From: a virus
Lineage: Duplodnaviria > Caudoviricetes
IMG/VR virus record: IMGVR_UViG_3300012953_000227
Coordinates: 1 to 24,001 of that record
Reading direction: 5' to 3' (one strand)
DNA length: 24,001 nucleotides
The position numbers and the translations under genes are program-made. Below are positions 15,773 to 23,761 of the stretch, piece by piece (the stretch's first letter is position 1; every line of letters begins with the position of its first letter). Under the pieces are notes generated by a model, which was not told where the DNA came from, ran no database searches, and saw nothing but the letters and a program-made list of their open reading frames with translations.

Positions 15773-15837
15773 TGGCGCACCGGGGAAGATTCGAACTCCC
15801 GACCCCTTGATTCGTAGTCAAGTACTCTATCCAGCTG
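15773..15837 (-). other. attP core: 3' 65 nt of tRNA-Arg(ACG), 5'-truncated
   Basis: Minus strand CAGCTGGATAGAGTACTTGACT-ACG-AATCAAGGGGTCGGGAGTTCGAATCTTCCCCGGTGCGCCA. The 5' acceptor strand (expected GCACCGG) is absent. Adjacent to the integrase 3' end. Confidence 0.92.
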
Positions 15838-15893
15838 TAAAACTTTACGTTTACTTTGGATACCGTGGCGCCACCGTGATACCTAATTCATAA

Positions 15894-16730
15894 TTAGGAG
15901 TTCACCGCATCATAAAGGTCATCATCATCAATATGCGCATAACGTAGCGTTGTTTGAATTTTTGAATGACCTAACATTTTTTGCACCATAGCGATGTTTT
16001 TCGTCTTGCGCAGCAAGCGAGTAGCACAGCTATGTCTTAACATGTGCAGCACAAATTGTTCGTCATTTTCAAGACCAATGTCCTTTTTGGCACGACACCA
16101 AAAATAATATAGACGCCAGTCTTCTATGTCGAACGGCACAAACTCGTTTATAAGAGCCTTTGCTCGCGGGGTCATAGGGACTGACCGCGGTTTACCTGTT
16201 TTGGTTTTCCAGAGACGTAACCAGTCTCCATCGATGTTGTCAGGTTGCAAATTTAATAGCTCCCCCCGCCTCAAGCCAGTATCAATCAAGATAATGACTG
16301 CTGCGCGAGCTTGCTCGTACATGTGCAGTTTTCTAGGATTTGAGCATTTATTAATTCGCTCTTGCATAACTTGTAAAAGGTTACGCTCCTCTACATCCGT
16401 AAGCCAACGCACTCTGTGCTGGTTTTCAGTTTTCCAACTAAAGTGCGGCTTTTTTAAAAGCCACTCACGTTTGTGCGCATAATCAAGCACGCTGTGCAGC
16501 ACACTTAAGTTACGATTAATCGTACTGTTAGTGAGCGGCGTGCCTTTATGCGAGATGGTATTTTCTAACTTCTTTGTAAGTTCGTCAATCATCTCCGTAT
16601 TAATATCATTGATCTCTGGATCATTTAGATATTGAACAACACGTCTAAGTTGTGACTTAAAAATATCAACACCTTTGCAGTCCTTCCACAAAGGTTCGAT
16701 TGATTTGTCGTTAAGTTCCGACAGTTTCAT
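15894..16730 (-). CDS. int: tyrosine recombinase / integrase
   Basis: TGLRRGEL, KTK, HMLRH and LGHSKIQTTLRY give the full R-K-H-R-H-Y catalytic set. Confidence 0.96.
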   Translation of the reverse strand: MKLSELNDKSIEPLWKDCKGVDIFKSQLRRVVQYLNDPEINDINTEMIDELTKKLENTISHKGTPLTNSTINRNLSVLHSVLDYAHKREWLLKKPHFSWKTENQHRVRWLTDVEERNLLQVMQERINKCSNPRKLHMYEQARAAVIILIDTGLRRGELLNLQPDNIDGDWLRLWKTKTGKPRSVPMTPRAKALINEFVPFDIEDWRLYYFWCRAKKDIGLENDEQFVLHMLRHSCATRLLRKTKNIAMVQKMLGHSKIQTTLRYAHIDDDDLYDAVNS

Positions 16731-16752
16731 TTTTCGTTCCTTTCCTTGAAAT

Positions 16753-16800
16753 CAAAAAACACCGGTCCACGGTATGTGAACCATGAATCAGTGTTTTTTG
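16753..16800 (-). terminator. long hairpin / terminator between lysis genes and integrase
   Basis: Minus strand CAAAAAACACTGATTCATGGT-TCACAT-ACCGTGGACCGGTGTTTTTTG; ~21 bp with G-U pairs and one mismatch. Confidence 0.7.
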
Positions 16801-16822
16801 CGTCTGAAAAGGGATGAGTATA

Positions 16823-17209
16823 TTATTTGCGTCCAAACTGTGAAACAGCCCAGCGGATGCCCATACTCGCGCCTATAGCGCCTAAAAAGGCATAAGTGTA
16901 CCAACTCGGCGCGTGCTCATTTAAATGCTTCCAGCCTTGTGCAACGTATTCTTGTGTCCACGGCAGAAAGCTGCCGACAAAAGGCGCTAGCACGACGACA
17001 AGGGCTACTTCGTCTTTCCAGCTATACTGTGTTTGGCGCAGCGCTTCGACATCGTAGTCAGCAGCTGCAGTAGCCTCGTGCTCAATTTTTCTTATTTTTG
17101 CAATCGTCTTAGCTTCGTTAATTCTGCTTTTAGCTTCAGTTTTTATGCGACGAGTTTCCATATATGCACCAGCGATGTTGCCAGCGACACCTAAAAGCGC
17201 CTGTATCAT
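16823..17209 (-). CDS. putative holin (3TM-holin-like membrane protein)
   Basis: SWKDE...hydrophobic...PSWY...GASMGIR pattern; ATGA-coupled to the endolysin. Confidence 0.7.
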   Translation of the reverse strand: MIQALLGVAGNIAGAYMETRRIKTEAKSRINEAKTIAKIRKIEHEATAAADYDVEALRQTQYSWKDEVALVVVLAPFVGSFLPWTQEYVAQGWKHLNEHAPSWYTYAFLGAIGASMGIRWAVSQFGRK

Positions 17210-17619
17210 TTTGCACCTCGTATTAAATTAGCTAACTCGTTTGCTCGTGTGCCAACCTGTGTTGCGTATTTGCTATCTAAAAGTTCTTCGGCTGCAGTCT
17301 CAAAGTCAAACTGTTGAAGTGCGGACCACATGCGTTTAAATCGTAGTGCACGCGTAATACCCACATTAAATACAAAATTTGCTAGAGCACGCTGAACTGG
17401 CTCAGGAAACTCTCGCCAATATAAAACATTACGATCTAAATCTTCCTGAACACGAGCTATATCGTTTTTAAGCATATAATCTGCTTCATCATCCGATATG
17501 CCGATGTCTTCAATGTTTCTACCAATGCCGATAGTTAACTTGTCGGCTGAACACTTGTATGGATAATTTCTCATACCTTCGTGTCTACGAAGGTCTTTTA
17601 TTAGTGTGTCAATATTCAT
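17206..17619 (-). CDS. endolysin, GH24 / T4-lysozyme-like
   Basis: HEG...PYKC.....TIGIG (E-x8-C-x5-T triad), FNVG, AA.ELLDSKYA.QVG.RA. Confidence 0.9.
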   Translation of the reverse strand: MNIDTLIKDLRRHEGMRNYPYKCSADKLTIGIGRNIEDIGISDDEADYMLKNDIARVQEDLDRNVLYWREFPEPVQRALANFVFNVGITRALRFKRMWSALQQFDFETAAEELLDSKYATQVGTRANELANLIRGAK

Positions 17620-17627
17620 AGCGTCCT

Positions 17628-18092
17628 TTATGTAACGATAACTAAGATCAGGACGAAAGCTACGATTAGGGCGCCGCCTACGGACATTGTTAAAATTTTT
17701 AGTGTTTCCTGAAATTGTTCTCGTTCCTTCTTTTTCTTTGCTTTTGCTGCGCGCACGGCTTCTTTTTCGTCTGCAATGCGCTTTGCTCTTTCGTTAATTA
17801 TTTGCCTCCACGTGCCGAAACCAAAACGATTATCGATTAGTATTGAAAGTTCGTGGAGTTGTTCCTGTGCTAGCTTCGCATCAATAACTGAAGTAGCTGC
17901 ATCTTTGTGTTGGCCGATTACGGATTTTGTGCCGAAGCGTTCTTTTTGTATTTGTTTTTCGCCGGCAAACGCAGAGTCTATCGTGCTGGCTATGTCGCGT
18001 ATGTCATTTACTGTATTAATATTCGACTTTATAAATTCTACAGATTTTTGAACTAGTGCGAGACCAGCAAGTCCGCCACTAATTGGATCCAT
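17628..18092 (-). CDS. hypothetical coiled-coil protein with C-terminal TM helix
   Basis: AAGCAGGT upstream; basic coiled-coil followed by a hydrophobic tail; lies in the lysis cluster. Confidence 0.8.
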   Translation of the reverse strand: MDPISGGLAGLALVQKSVEFIKSNINTVNDIRDIASTIDSAFAGEKQIQKERFGTKSVIGQHKDAATSVIDAKLAQEQLHELSILIDNRFGFGTWRQIINERAKRIADEKEAVRAAKAKKKKEREQFQETLKILTMSVGGALIVAFVLILVIVT

Positions 18093-18095
18093 TTT

Positions 18096-18323
18096 TTACC
18101 TGCTTAATACTCGATCTAATTTATCTTCTACTCGATGAAGTGCTTCAAGCACTCTATCGATGTCTTCACGTAGCTCTTCTTTAGTCGCGAAGTCTTCGCG
18201 GGTCCTGTTGAGTAGTATGTCGATACGTTTTACTTCAGCAATAAGTGACCGCGCAGTCCATAGAGCTGGTGCGATAACTAAAGTAAGAATTACGTTCCAA
18301 AACATAATTGGTGTTATTTCCAT
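18096..18323 (-). CDS. small N-anchored membrane coiled-coil protein (lysis-associated?)
   Basis: AGGAG RBS; N-terminal TM segment, then heptads ending VEDKLD. Confidence 0.8.
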   Translation of the reverse strand: MEITPIMFWNVILTLVIAPALWTARSLIAEVKRIDILLNRTREDFATKEELREDIDRVLEALHRVEDKLDRVLSR

Positions 18324-18395
18324 TCGAGTTTACTCCTAAAAAACCAAATTAGATGTAAAACCCAAGTTAGTCGGCTTGGTTTGATAAATAATGGA

Positions 18396-18956
18396 TCAAG
18401 CACTGTATTTACCTATAACGAAACAACGCATTGTATCTGGGTTACTAATTTTATCTCGTGCGTCACCGAAAGTTTCTTGCATCGTTTTAACTAGAGGTTT
18501 TTCAAAGTATTGGCGGCTGCCCCACCGCTGCCCCCATGTCGCTTCCGCCGCAAGAGCGGCTGGACTGCCCGGATTAAAAATTGCAAGGAGCTTGTCAAAG
18601 CCATCGTCATCACAAAACGCGCGCGCTTGCTTTGCAAACTCTTCGGAATACCACCAGCTTCGTGAGCCGGCTTGGGTCTCGCCGTACAGCGGAGTTACAT
18701 ACCATGCCCATCTTTCTGGTTGGCCTTCGTACAAAATATCGAGCTCCATCAACGCGGCAGCTCCAACAAGATAATCATCGACAAGGTAGCGATGTGTGAA
18801 AGCATCCTCGCGCTCGAATTGTAGCCAGATGTCTTCGCGCATATTGTCGCCAAGACGCTGGCGTTCGTGCGACATATAATAAAATGCCTCATCAAACAGC
18901 CGATCAAACTCTGCGCGGGATAGCGTGTTTGAAGTTTTATCAATGCTAAAACTCAT
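18396..18956 (-). CDS. hypothetical protein, possibly GNAT-fold
   Basis: ATGA-coupled; a beta-hairpin-like YLVDDYLVGAAAL and a helix-strand pattern loosely resemble GNAT. Confidence 0.7.
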   Translation of the reverse strand: MSFSIDKTSNTLSRAEFDRLFDEAFYYMSHERQRLGDNMREDIWLQFEREDAFTHRYLVDDYLVGAAALMELDILYEGQPERWAWYVTPLYGETQAGSRSWWYSEEFAKQARAFCDDDGFDKLLAIFNPGSPAALAAEATWGQRWGSRQYFEKPLVKTMQETFGDARDKISNPDTMRCFVIGKYSA

Positions 18957-19432
18957 GTTTTCCTACCCCCGTAAAATTGCGAAAGACTAATTTGGCCGGA
19001 CGTCGGAACGCTTTGGTTTACTGGGGTGCTAGTCGTAGTTGTGACTGAAGACTGTCTGCGCCGTACTCGATAATAAGCTACAGTGGCAGTCGATTTGCCG
19101 GAGCCGCTTGTTATGCTCTGAACATAGGTTCCACGTTGATAATCATATCCGCCAATACTAAAAGTGGTGCTGTTATAAGAGATGCCTGTGTTGTTGGACG
19201 TAATGGTGCTGTTGTTCCACCGAATAGACCCAAAAACAAACGTACTCCAATAATATGAATTCACATTATATTGATAGGCCGTGTACGCGCCGGGGCCAGT
19301 TGAACTCGACGTAAGTGCATTTGGTACCAAACTGCCGTTTCTGTAATACTCGCTCAACGATATTGGATTCGATCCGCCATATTCGCCTTGAAGTTGAGAC
19401 AAAGATATTGTGCCACTGGATTGCAAAGTCAT
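18953..19432 (-). CDS. tail fibre-associated virion protein
   Basis: MTLQSSGTISLSQL...PISLSEYY with a C-terminal echo VPTSGQISLSQFYG; ATGA-coupled to the fibre. Confidence 0.75.
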   Translation of the reverse strand: MTLQSSGTISLSQLQGEYGGSNPISLSEYYRNGSLVPNALTSSSTGPGAYTAYQYNVNSYYWSTFVFGSIRWNNSTITSNNTGISYNSTTFSIGGYDYQRGTYVQSITSGSGKSTATVAYYRVRRRQSSVTTTTSTPVNQSVPTSGQISLSQFYGGRKT

Positions 19433-21768
19433 GATTGGCACCCGCAGCACGCAGATTTCAGTTCTTCGACTTCTGCTTTTAGGTCTTTGATGGCTTCAAT
19501 CAGCAGACCAACCATATTTCCGTAAGCGACGGAGTAATGACCCTCTTCATCTCCAGTTACGGCTTCTGGTAAAACCTCTAAAACTTCTTGAGCGATAACA
19601 CCTGTTTGACGAATTGGCCTGTCGGGTGTTCCTTCATCGTCAAAACTCACATCGGTTCGGTCAAAGGTGTATCCGCTTAACTGACAAACTTTATCGAGAG
19701 CATCGGGAATTTGCTCAATATTGGTTTTGACGCGAATATCTGAATAGGCTGTGACATTGCCTGAAGTCCAAATGTTGGAACCCATTGCGGCTGTACCGCC
19801 GCCGTTTTGACACCAAACCATCATGTGTCCACCGGCCATAGTCCCGCCGGTACCGTTGTTGGTGTGCTTGTATGCTAATCCGTAAAGGTTTCCAAAGTTT
19901 GTTCCCGAAGCATGGTTGCGGTACGCCGTACCCATCCCCCAAATATGGTCTGTAAGATGCGAACTATAAGTACCAAAGTTGCCTCTGCTTCGCGCAGAGG
20001 AAACAATGTCCCGTGATGTGCTGAGGTCACCGCTGGCGTTAAAAGTAAACCCATCGTGGCTCAAGGTGTTGCCACGAAGGTGAGTGGTATCGCCAGAGGA
20101 AGAACCTAAATAGGTATTAGTGGCGTAAAGGTAGGTGTTACCCACATCTGCTTTAATGTAAAAGTCACCGCCGGTGAAAGCTGTACGACCATTAGTGTCA
20201 CTATAGAAATAACCGTCGTTTCCGTCACCTGGATAAAACCTAGGTGCATATATGTATCTATTCGTGTCAATGACACTTGTGCCAGCCACTCTATAGCCAT
20301 TCAGCGCGTCCATTTCGCCAGCGTTAGCAGTCGCCGCGGAATAAGATGTTCCGGCGTAGACAGACCGCGCTAAAACATTTTGCGCTGCGCCACCATTTAA
20401 GAATTGGAAGTTTGACGAAGAGCTAAAGTTCCCGCCAGTAAGACTTGAGGTATTACCATCAAAAGCATCTGTGATGCCATATCCAGCGATGGTGGTTGGC
20501 TTACCTGTAACGTCAGCAAAGGCAGTGCTGCTTGCTACGTCACCAAAGGAGAAATTGCCCGCGCCATCGGTTTTCAAAGCCTGACCATTTGTTCCGTCAG
20601 ATATACTAAGATCGGTCAGGCTTGAGACAGCGGTTGCGCCAGTCGCAACTCCATCCAGTTTCGTGCCATCGGCTGAGACATCACGACCATCCACATTACC
20701 CGCTGTAATAAGGTTAGGGACTGTCACATCACCAGTAAAGGTTGCTCCGGATAGAGCAGCAAAGCTGCCACCGCTGACATAGGCGGCTACCCAAGCCGAG
20801 CCTGTGTAAAGCATCATTGTGCTTGTGCTGCTATTAAAATAAAGCGTGCCGGCAACAAGAGTGTTTCCGTCGTTGTCGTTGCTCGGATCGCTTGTCTTTG
20901 ATCCTAAATAGCGGTCATCGAATGAGTCAAAAGCTGCTAGCGCTGAGTCTCGTGCGGACTCTGCTGCTGTTTGTGCTGTTGCGGCGTTTGTTGCCGAGCC
21001 TGCTGCGGCGGTTGCTGAAGTTCCTGCGTTCGTTGCTTGTGTTCCGGCGTTAGTTTCTGCGGTTGCGGCGTTTGTCGCAGAGGTAGCAGCATTTGTTGCC
21101 TGCGTTGACGCTGAAGTTGCGTGACCTGACGCAGTATTTGAATGTGTTTGTGCATTTGTTTCCGATGTAGATGCTGCAGACGCCGAGCTAGAGGCTGCCG
21201 CGGCAGAAGTTGCAGCAGCGTTTGCTTGGTTTGTTGCGTTAGTAACTTCGGTTTGTGCGTTAGTTACTTCCGCTTGTGCGTTAGTTACCGATGTCGCAGC
21301 TGAATTAGCAGACGTTGCTGCATTTGTTTCAGACGTAGCAGCGTTGGTCGCCGATGTGGCAGCGTTGGTCGCCGATGTGGCAGCGTTCGTTTCAGAAGTA
21401 GCAGCGTTAGTTGCCGATACATTTGCCGCCGACTGACTATTTGTTGCAGATGTTGCCGAAGTTGCTGCACTAGAGACATGGTTGCTCGCCGATGTTACAT
21501 GAGCACTGGCGTTAGTTTCTGATGTTGCAGCTGCTGAAGCAGAGCCAGCAGCGGCAGTTGCCGAGTTGGCAGCAGCGGTTGCTTCATTGCTTGCATTAGA
21601 TGCCTCAGTTGCAGCTTGTGAGGCAGCAGTTGCTACTGACGCAGCGGATGTTGCCGCGGCAGCAGCCGAGTTTGCCGCATCAGTTTTACTAGTTTGTACT
21701 TGCGTAAGGAGATTCGGCAGATCACTTTCAGTCACGGATACCGACTGAAACACACTACTTTTTGACAT
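19429..21768 (-). CDS. tail fibre with Ala/Thr/Ser-rich shaft and C-terminal intramolecular chaperone (peptidase S74)
   Basis: ATNAATS-type heptads; FDDRYLG...YFN module; SDIRVKTNI...GVIAQEV...VAYGNMVGLLIEAIKDL. Confidence 0.92.
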   Translation of the reverse strand: MSKSSVFQSVSVTESDLPNLLTQVQTSKTDAANSAAAAATSAASVATAASQAATEASNASNEATAAANSATAAAGSASAAATSETNASAHVTSASNHVSSAATSATSATNSQSAANVSATNAATSETNAATSATNAATSATNAATSETNAATSANSAATSVTNAQAEVTNAQTEVTNATNQANAAATSAAAASSSASAASTSETNAQTHSNTASGHATSASTQATNAATSATNAATAETNAGTQATNAGTSATAAAGSATNAATAQTAAESARDSALAAFDSFDDRYLGSKTSDPSNDNDGNTLVAGTLYFNSSTSTMMLYTGSAWVAAYVSGGSFAALSGATFTGDVTVPNLITAGNVDGRDVSADGTKLDGVATGATAVSSLTDLSISDGTNGQALKTDGAGNFSFGDVASSTAFADVTGKPTTIAGYGITDAFDGNTSSLTGGNFSSSSNFQFLNGGAAQNVLARSVYAGTSYSAATANAGEMDALNGYRVAGTSVIDTNRYIYAPRFYPGDGNDGYFYSDTNGRTAFTGGDFYIKADVGNTYLYATNTYLGSSSGDTTHLRGNTLSHDGFTFNASGDLSTSRDIVSSARSRGNFGTYSSHLTDHIWGMGTAYRNHASGTNFGNLYGLAYKHTNNGTGGTMAGGHMMVWCQNGGGTAAMGSNIWTSGNVTAYSDIRVKTNIEQIPDALDKVCQLSGYTFDRTDVSFDDEGTPDRPIRQTGVIAQEVLEVLPEAVTGDEEGHYSVAYGNMVGLLIEAIKDLKAEVEELKSACCGCQS
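21235..21387. repeat. two 21-bp tandem repeat tracts in the fibre shaft
   Basis: GCAGCGTTGGTCGCCGATGTG exact x2 plus partial (21338-21387); TGCGTTAGTWACTTCSGYTTG x2 plus partial (21235-21288). Confidence 0.85.
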
Positions 21769-21777
21769 TTTTGTACC

Positions 21778-22431
21778 TTAGTTAAAAAGATCTGGTTCGT
21801 AGCTAAAGCTGGGTTGTATAGCTGAGTCACTCGTTGCCATATCTGTAGAATTATTTAGGTCTTCAACAGCTTGATAAATACCAGCGTATGTCTTGCCAAA
21901 TTCTTCTTTGCGTTGATCGTTAAAGTAGTCGCATGCATATAACAATGCGCCATAAACAACGAGATCAGGTGCAATGATTGACAAAACGTTTGTGCCTGTA
22001 TTGGTTGTAAGCACGGCCGGATCGCTGTGATAAATTAGGTTAATTATAGTTCCTGCGTCAGGCGCAGGCTTAACTACAAAGTTGTTTTGGATTCTTGTGT
22101 AATAACGAGGCTTACCACTAGACGGCACAGATCCCGTAAGTTCAATAAATTGTCGCAAAGGCACTCTTTGTAAAATACGATCATCTGTATACAAATAAAC
22201 AGTTTCTAAAAAGTCGCCTGGTATTGATAATTCTTGTGTTGTCGTGTTGAAGACTGTTTGCGCTGAAGTACCCACAATTGCCGTGTATTTTGACTCTAGC
22301 GATGGGATACGCAGAGTCCGCGCAATATTTCGAACAGCTTGATTTACAAAAGTGCCTGCAAGTGTATCGGTGCAGTCTGTTCTGTTAATTAAGTTAATTA
22401 CGTCTGTTTTTAGGTCTGCAAAAGTGGCCAT
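21778..22431 (-). CDS. putative head-tail adaptor protein
   Basis: MATFADLK..V....NR.D, R.LR, GKPRYY, PAPD, PDL..YGAL pattern; downstream of the capsid gene. Confidence 0.7.
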   Translation of the reverse strand: MATFADLKTDVINLINRTDCTDTLAGTFVNQAVRNIARTLRIPSLESKYTAIVGTSAQTVFNTTTQELSIPGDFLETVYLYTDDRILQRVPLRQFIELTGSVPSSGKPRYYTRIQNNFVVKPAPDAGTIINLIYHSDPAVLTTNTGTNVLSIIAPDLVVYGALLYACDYFNDQRKEEFGKTYAGIYQAVEDLNNSTDMATSDSAIQPSFSYEPDLFN

Positions 22432-22727
22432 TATAATCTCTTAGTGCTCGTTAAAAATCCATCCATGTCATGATTATTAAGCCACTTAATAATGTCCTTT
22501 ACAGGCGCTTTATAAACGTCAATGCCTTCGCGTTGCATGTGTTCGACTACCGCCACAGGTATGCTTGCGAGCTTGACCATTTCGCCACTAGCTGTAACGC
22601 CGTTTGACTCATGTTTTTCGTCATGCAGTTGCTTTAAAAATGATGCTGGTATGTTTTGTTTGGTGACGCGAAAAAGGTCGTCGCCCTGCTGTGCGATAGT
22701 AAAATCGCTATCAATAAATTTTGTCAT
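22431..22727 (-). CDS. conserved hypothetical protein downstream of capsid (ASIP.....W/M motif)
   Basis: AAAGGT RBS before ATG 22727; KLASIPVAVVE...KWLN; TAATG coupling to the adaptor. Confidence 0.75.
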   Translation of the reverse strand: MTKFIDSDFTIAQQGDDLFRVTKQNIPASFLKQLHDEKHESNGVTASGEMVKLASIPVAVVEHMQREGIDVYKAPVKDIIKWLNNHDMDGFLTSTKRL

Positions 22728-22738
22728 GTCTAACCTTT

Positions 22739-22796
22739 TAGGTAGAGGTGCCCGCGAGGCAAAGGAGAGCAAAATCCCCGCGGGCACACTTACCTA
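22739..22796 (-). promoter_or_regulatory. capsid 3'-UTR hairpin with anti-Shine-Dalgarno loop
   Basis: Minus strand TAGGTA-AGT-GTGCCCGCGGGG-ATTTTGCTCTCCTTTG-CCTCGCGGGCAC-CTC-TACCTA; no U tract. Confidence 0.7.
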
Positions 22797-23738
22797 GCTG
22801 ATGTAACGGAGCATGCCTGAAGACTTGTAATTAGCGTGCTTCAGACCGTATTCGGTTACCATCATGTGAGTGTCCGCATCACCGGTTTTAGCAAGCAGTT
22901 CGCGCGTCATTGGGCGAAGCTCACAAATTTTCCAGTTCTCCGGATCATAAAGAAGTGCGGTTGATGTCTTGATAAAGCGGTTCATCACGACGCGATACTC
23001 GCCGTAGGGCGAAATATAAACGTCAACCACGTTCATCAATGTGCGACCACCGTTAACAAAGTGCTCTTGACGAGCGTTACCTGAGCCAACAGCAGAACGC
23101 GTAAATCCTGCAATGACCAAAGAGTCAGCTGGCTTAATCATAAGCACTGAAGCTGTTGCTCCTTCGTCATATAGCTTGTCGCCAAGGTTTAGGATGTCTT
23201 GTTCCGTTAGGGCTGCAGCAGTACTGTTAGTACCTACATCTTCGATAACGGCAGAGTTAATAACAGCAGCTGATCCGGCGTCATTACCGTGAATATTTGC
23301 TGTAAACCGAGCAGTTGTGGCGTTACCGGCAGCAGCGTTGTTACCACCAGTAGTACGGTCACCAACCAAGTTAAATTCAATGTCTCGCTTAAACTCAGCG
23401 GCTTTCTTCGAAAGTTGATACGCTGTTTCTTGTGCGCGTCCGTAAGCATCTACAGCATCGTTAGTGCCAGAGATTTTTACGGTTTTCGATTGAATTTGGG
23501 TGTGGTTTGAACGCATTGTGGTTGGCGACAGTGTTGCACTGCTAGCCGTAAAGCCTTCAACTTCTGCATTTTCTGCAGTCGAGGCAAGAGAATCTTCTTG
23601 CCATTGAAACAGAGTGTTATGAACACTCTCGGTGCCGATTGAACTTAGGAAAGGCGTCGTTGTTGGCGAAATATTTGAAATAATATCGCTGACGTCTTCC
23701 TTCAGACCAACCTGCGTATATGTTTGATACGTAGCCAT
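22794..23738 (-). CDS. major capsid protein, SU10/DUF5309-type (not T7 gp10-type)
   Basis: VGLKEDVSDIISNISPTTTPF...WQEDSL, NHTQI..K...ISGT, E.KRDIE, LAKTGD signature. Confidence 0.9.
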   Translation of the reverse strand: MATYQTYTQVGLKEDVSDIISNISPTTTPFLSSIGTESVHNTLFQWQEDSLASTAENAEVEGFTASSATLSPTTMRSNHTQIQSKTVKISGTNDAVDAYGRAQETAYQLSKKAAEFKRDIEFNLVGDRTTGGNNAAAGNATTARFTANIHGNDAGSAAVINSAVIEDVGTNSTAAALTEQDILNLGDKLYDEGATASVLMIKPADSLVIAGFTRSAVGSGNARQEHFVNGGRTLMNVVDVYISPYGEYRVVMNRFIKTSTALLYDPENWKICELRPMTRELLAKTGDADTHMMVTEYGLKHANYKSSGMLRYIS

Positions 23739-23761
23739 GTTTAGGTCCTTGTATTAGAAAG

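Noticed and set aside
15773-15850. Functional phage tRNA-Arg gene
   Set aside because: The first ~12 nt (5' acceptor strand and start of the D stem) are missing; it is better explained as the attP core.
18340-18385. Hairpin/terminator upstream of the 18323 gene
   Set aside because: Several weak alternative pairings exist; neither strand nor function can be assigned.
19429-21768. Diversity-generating retroelement or invertible fibre cassette
   Set aside because: No reverse transcriptase, TR/VR pair or inverted alternative fibre ends are seen.
22728-22787. GTG-start extension of the 22431 ORF
   Set aside because: It lies inside the hairpin; ATG 22727 has an RBS.
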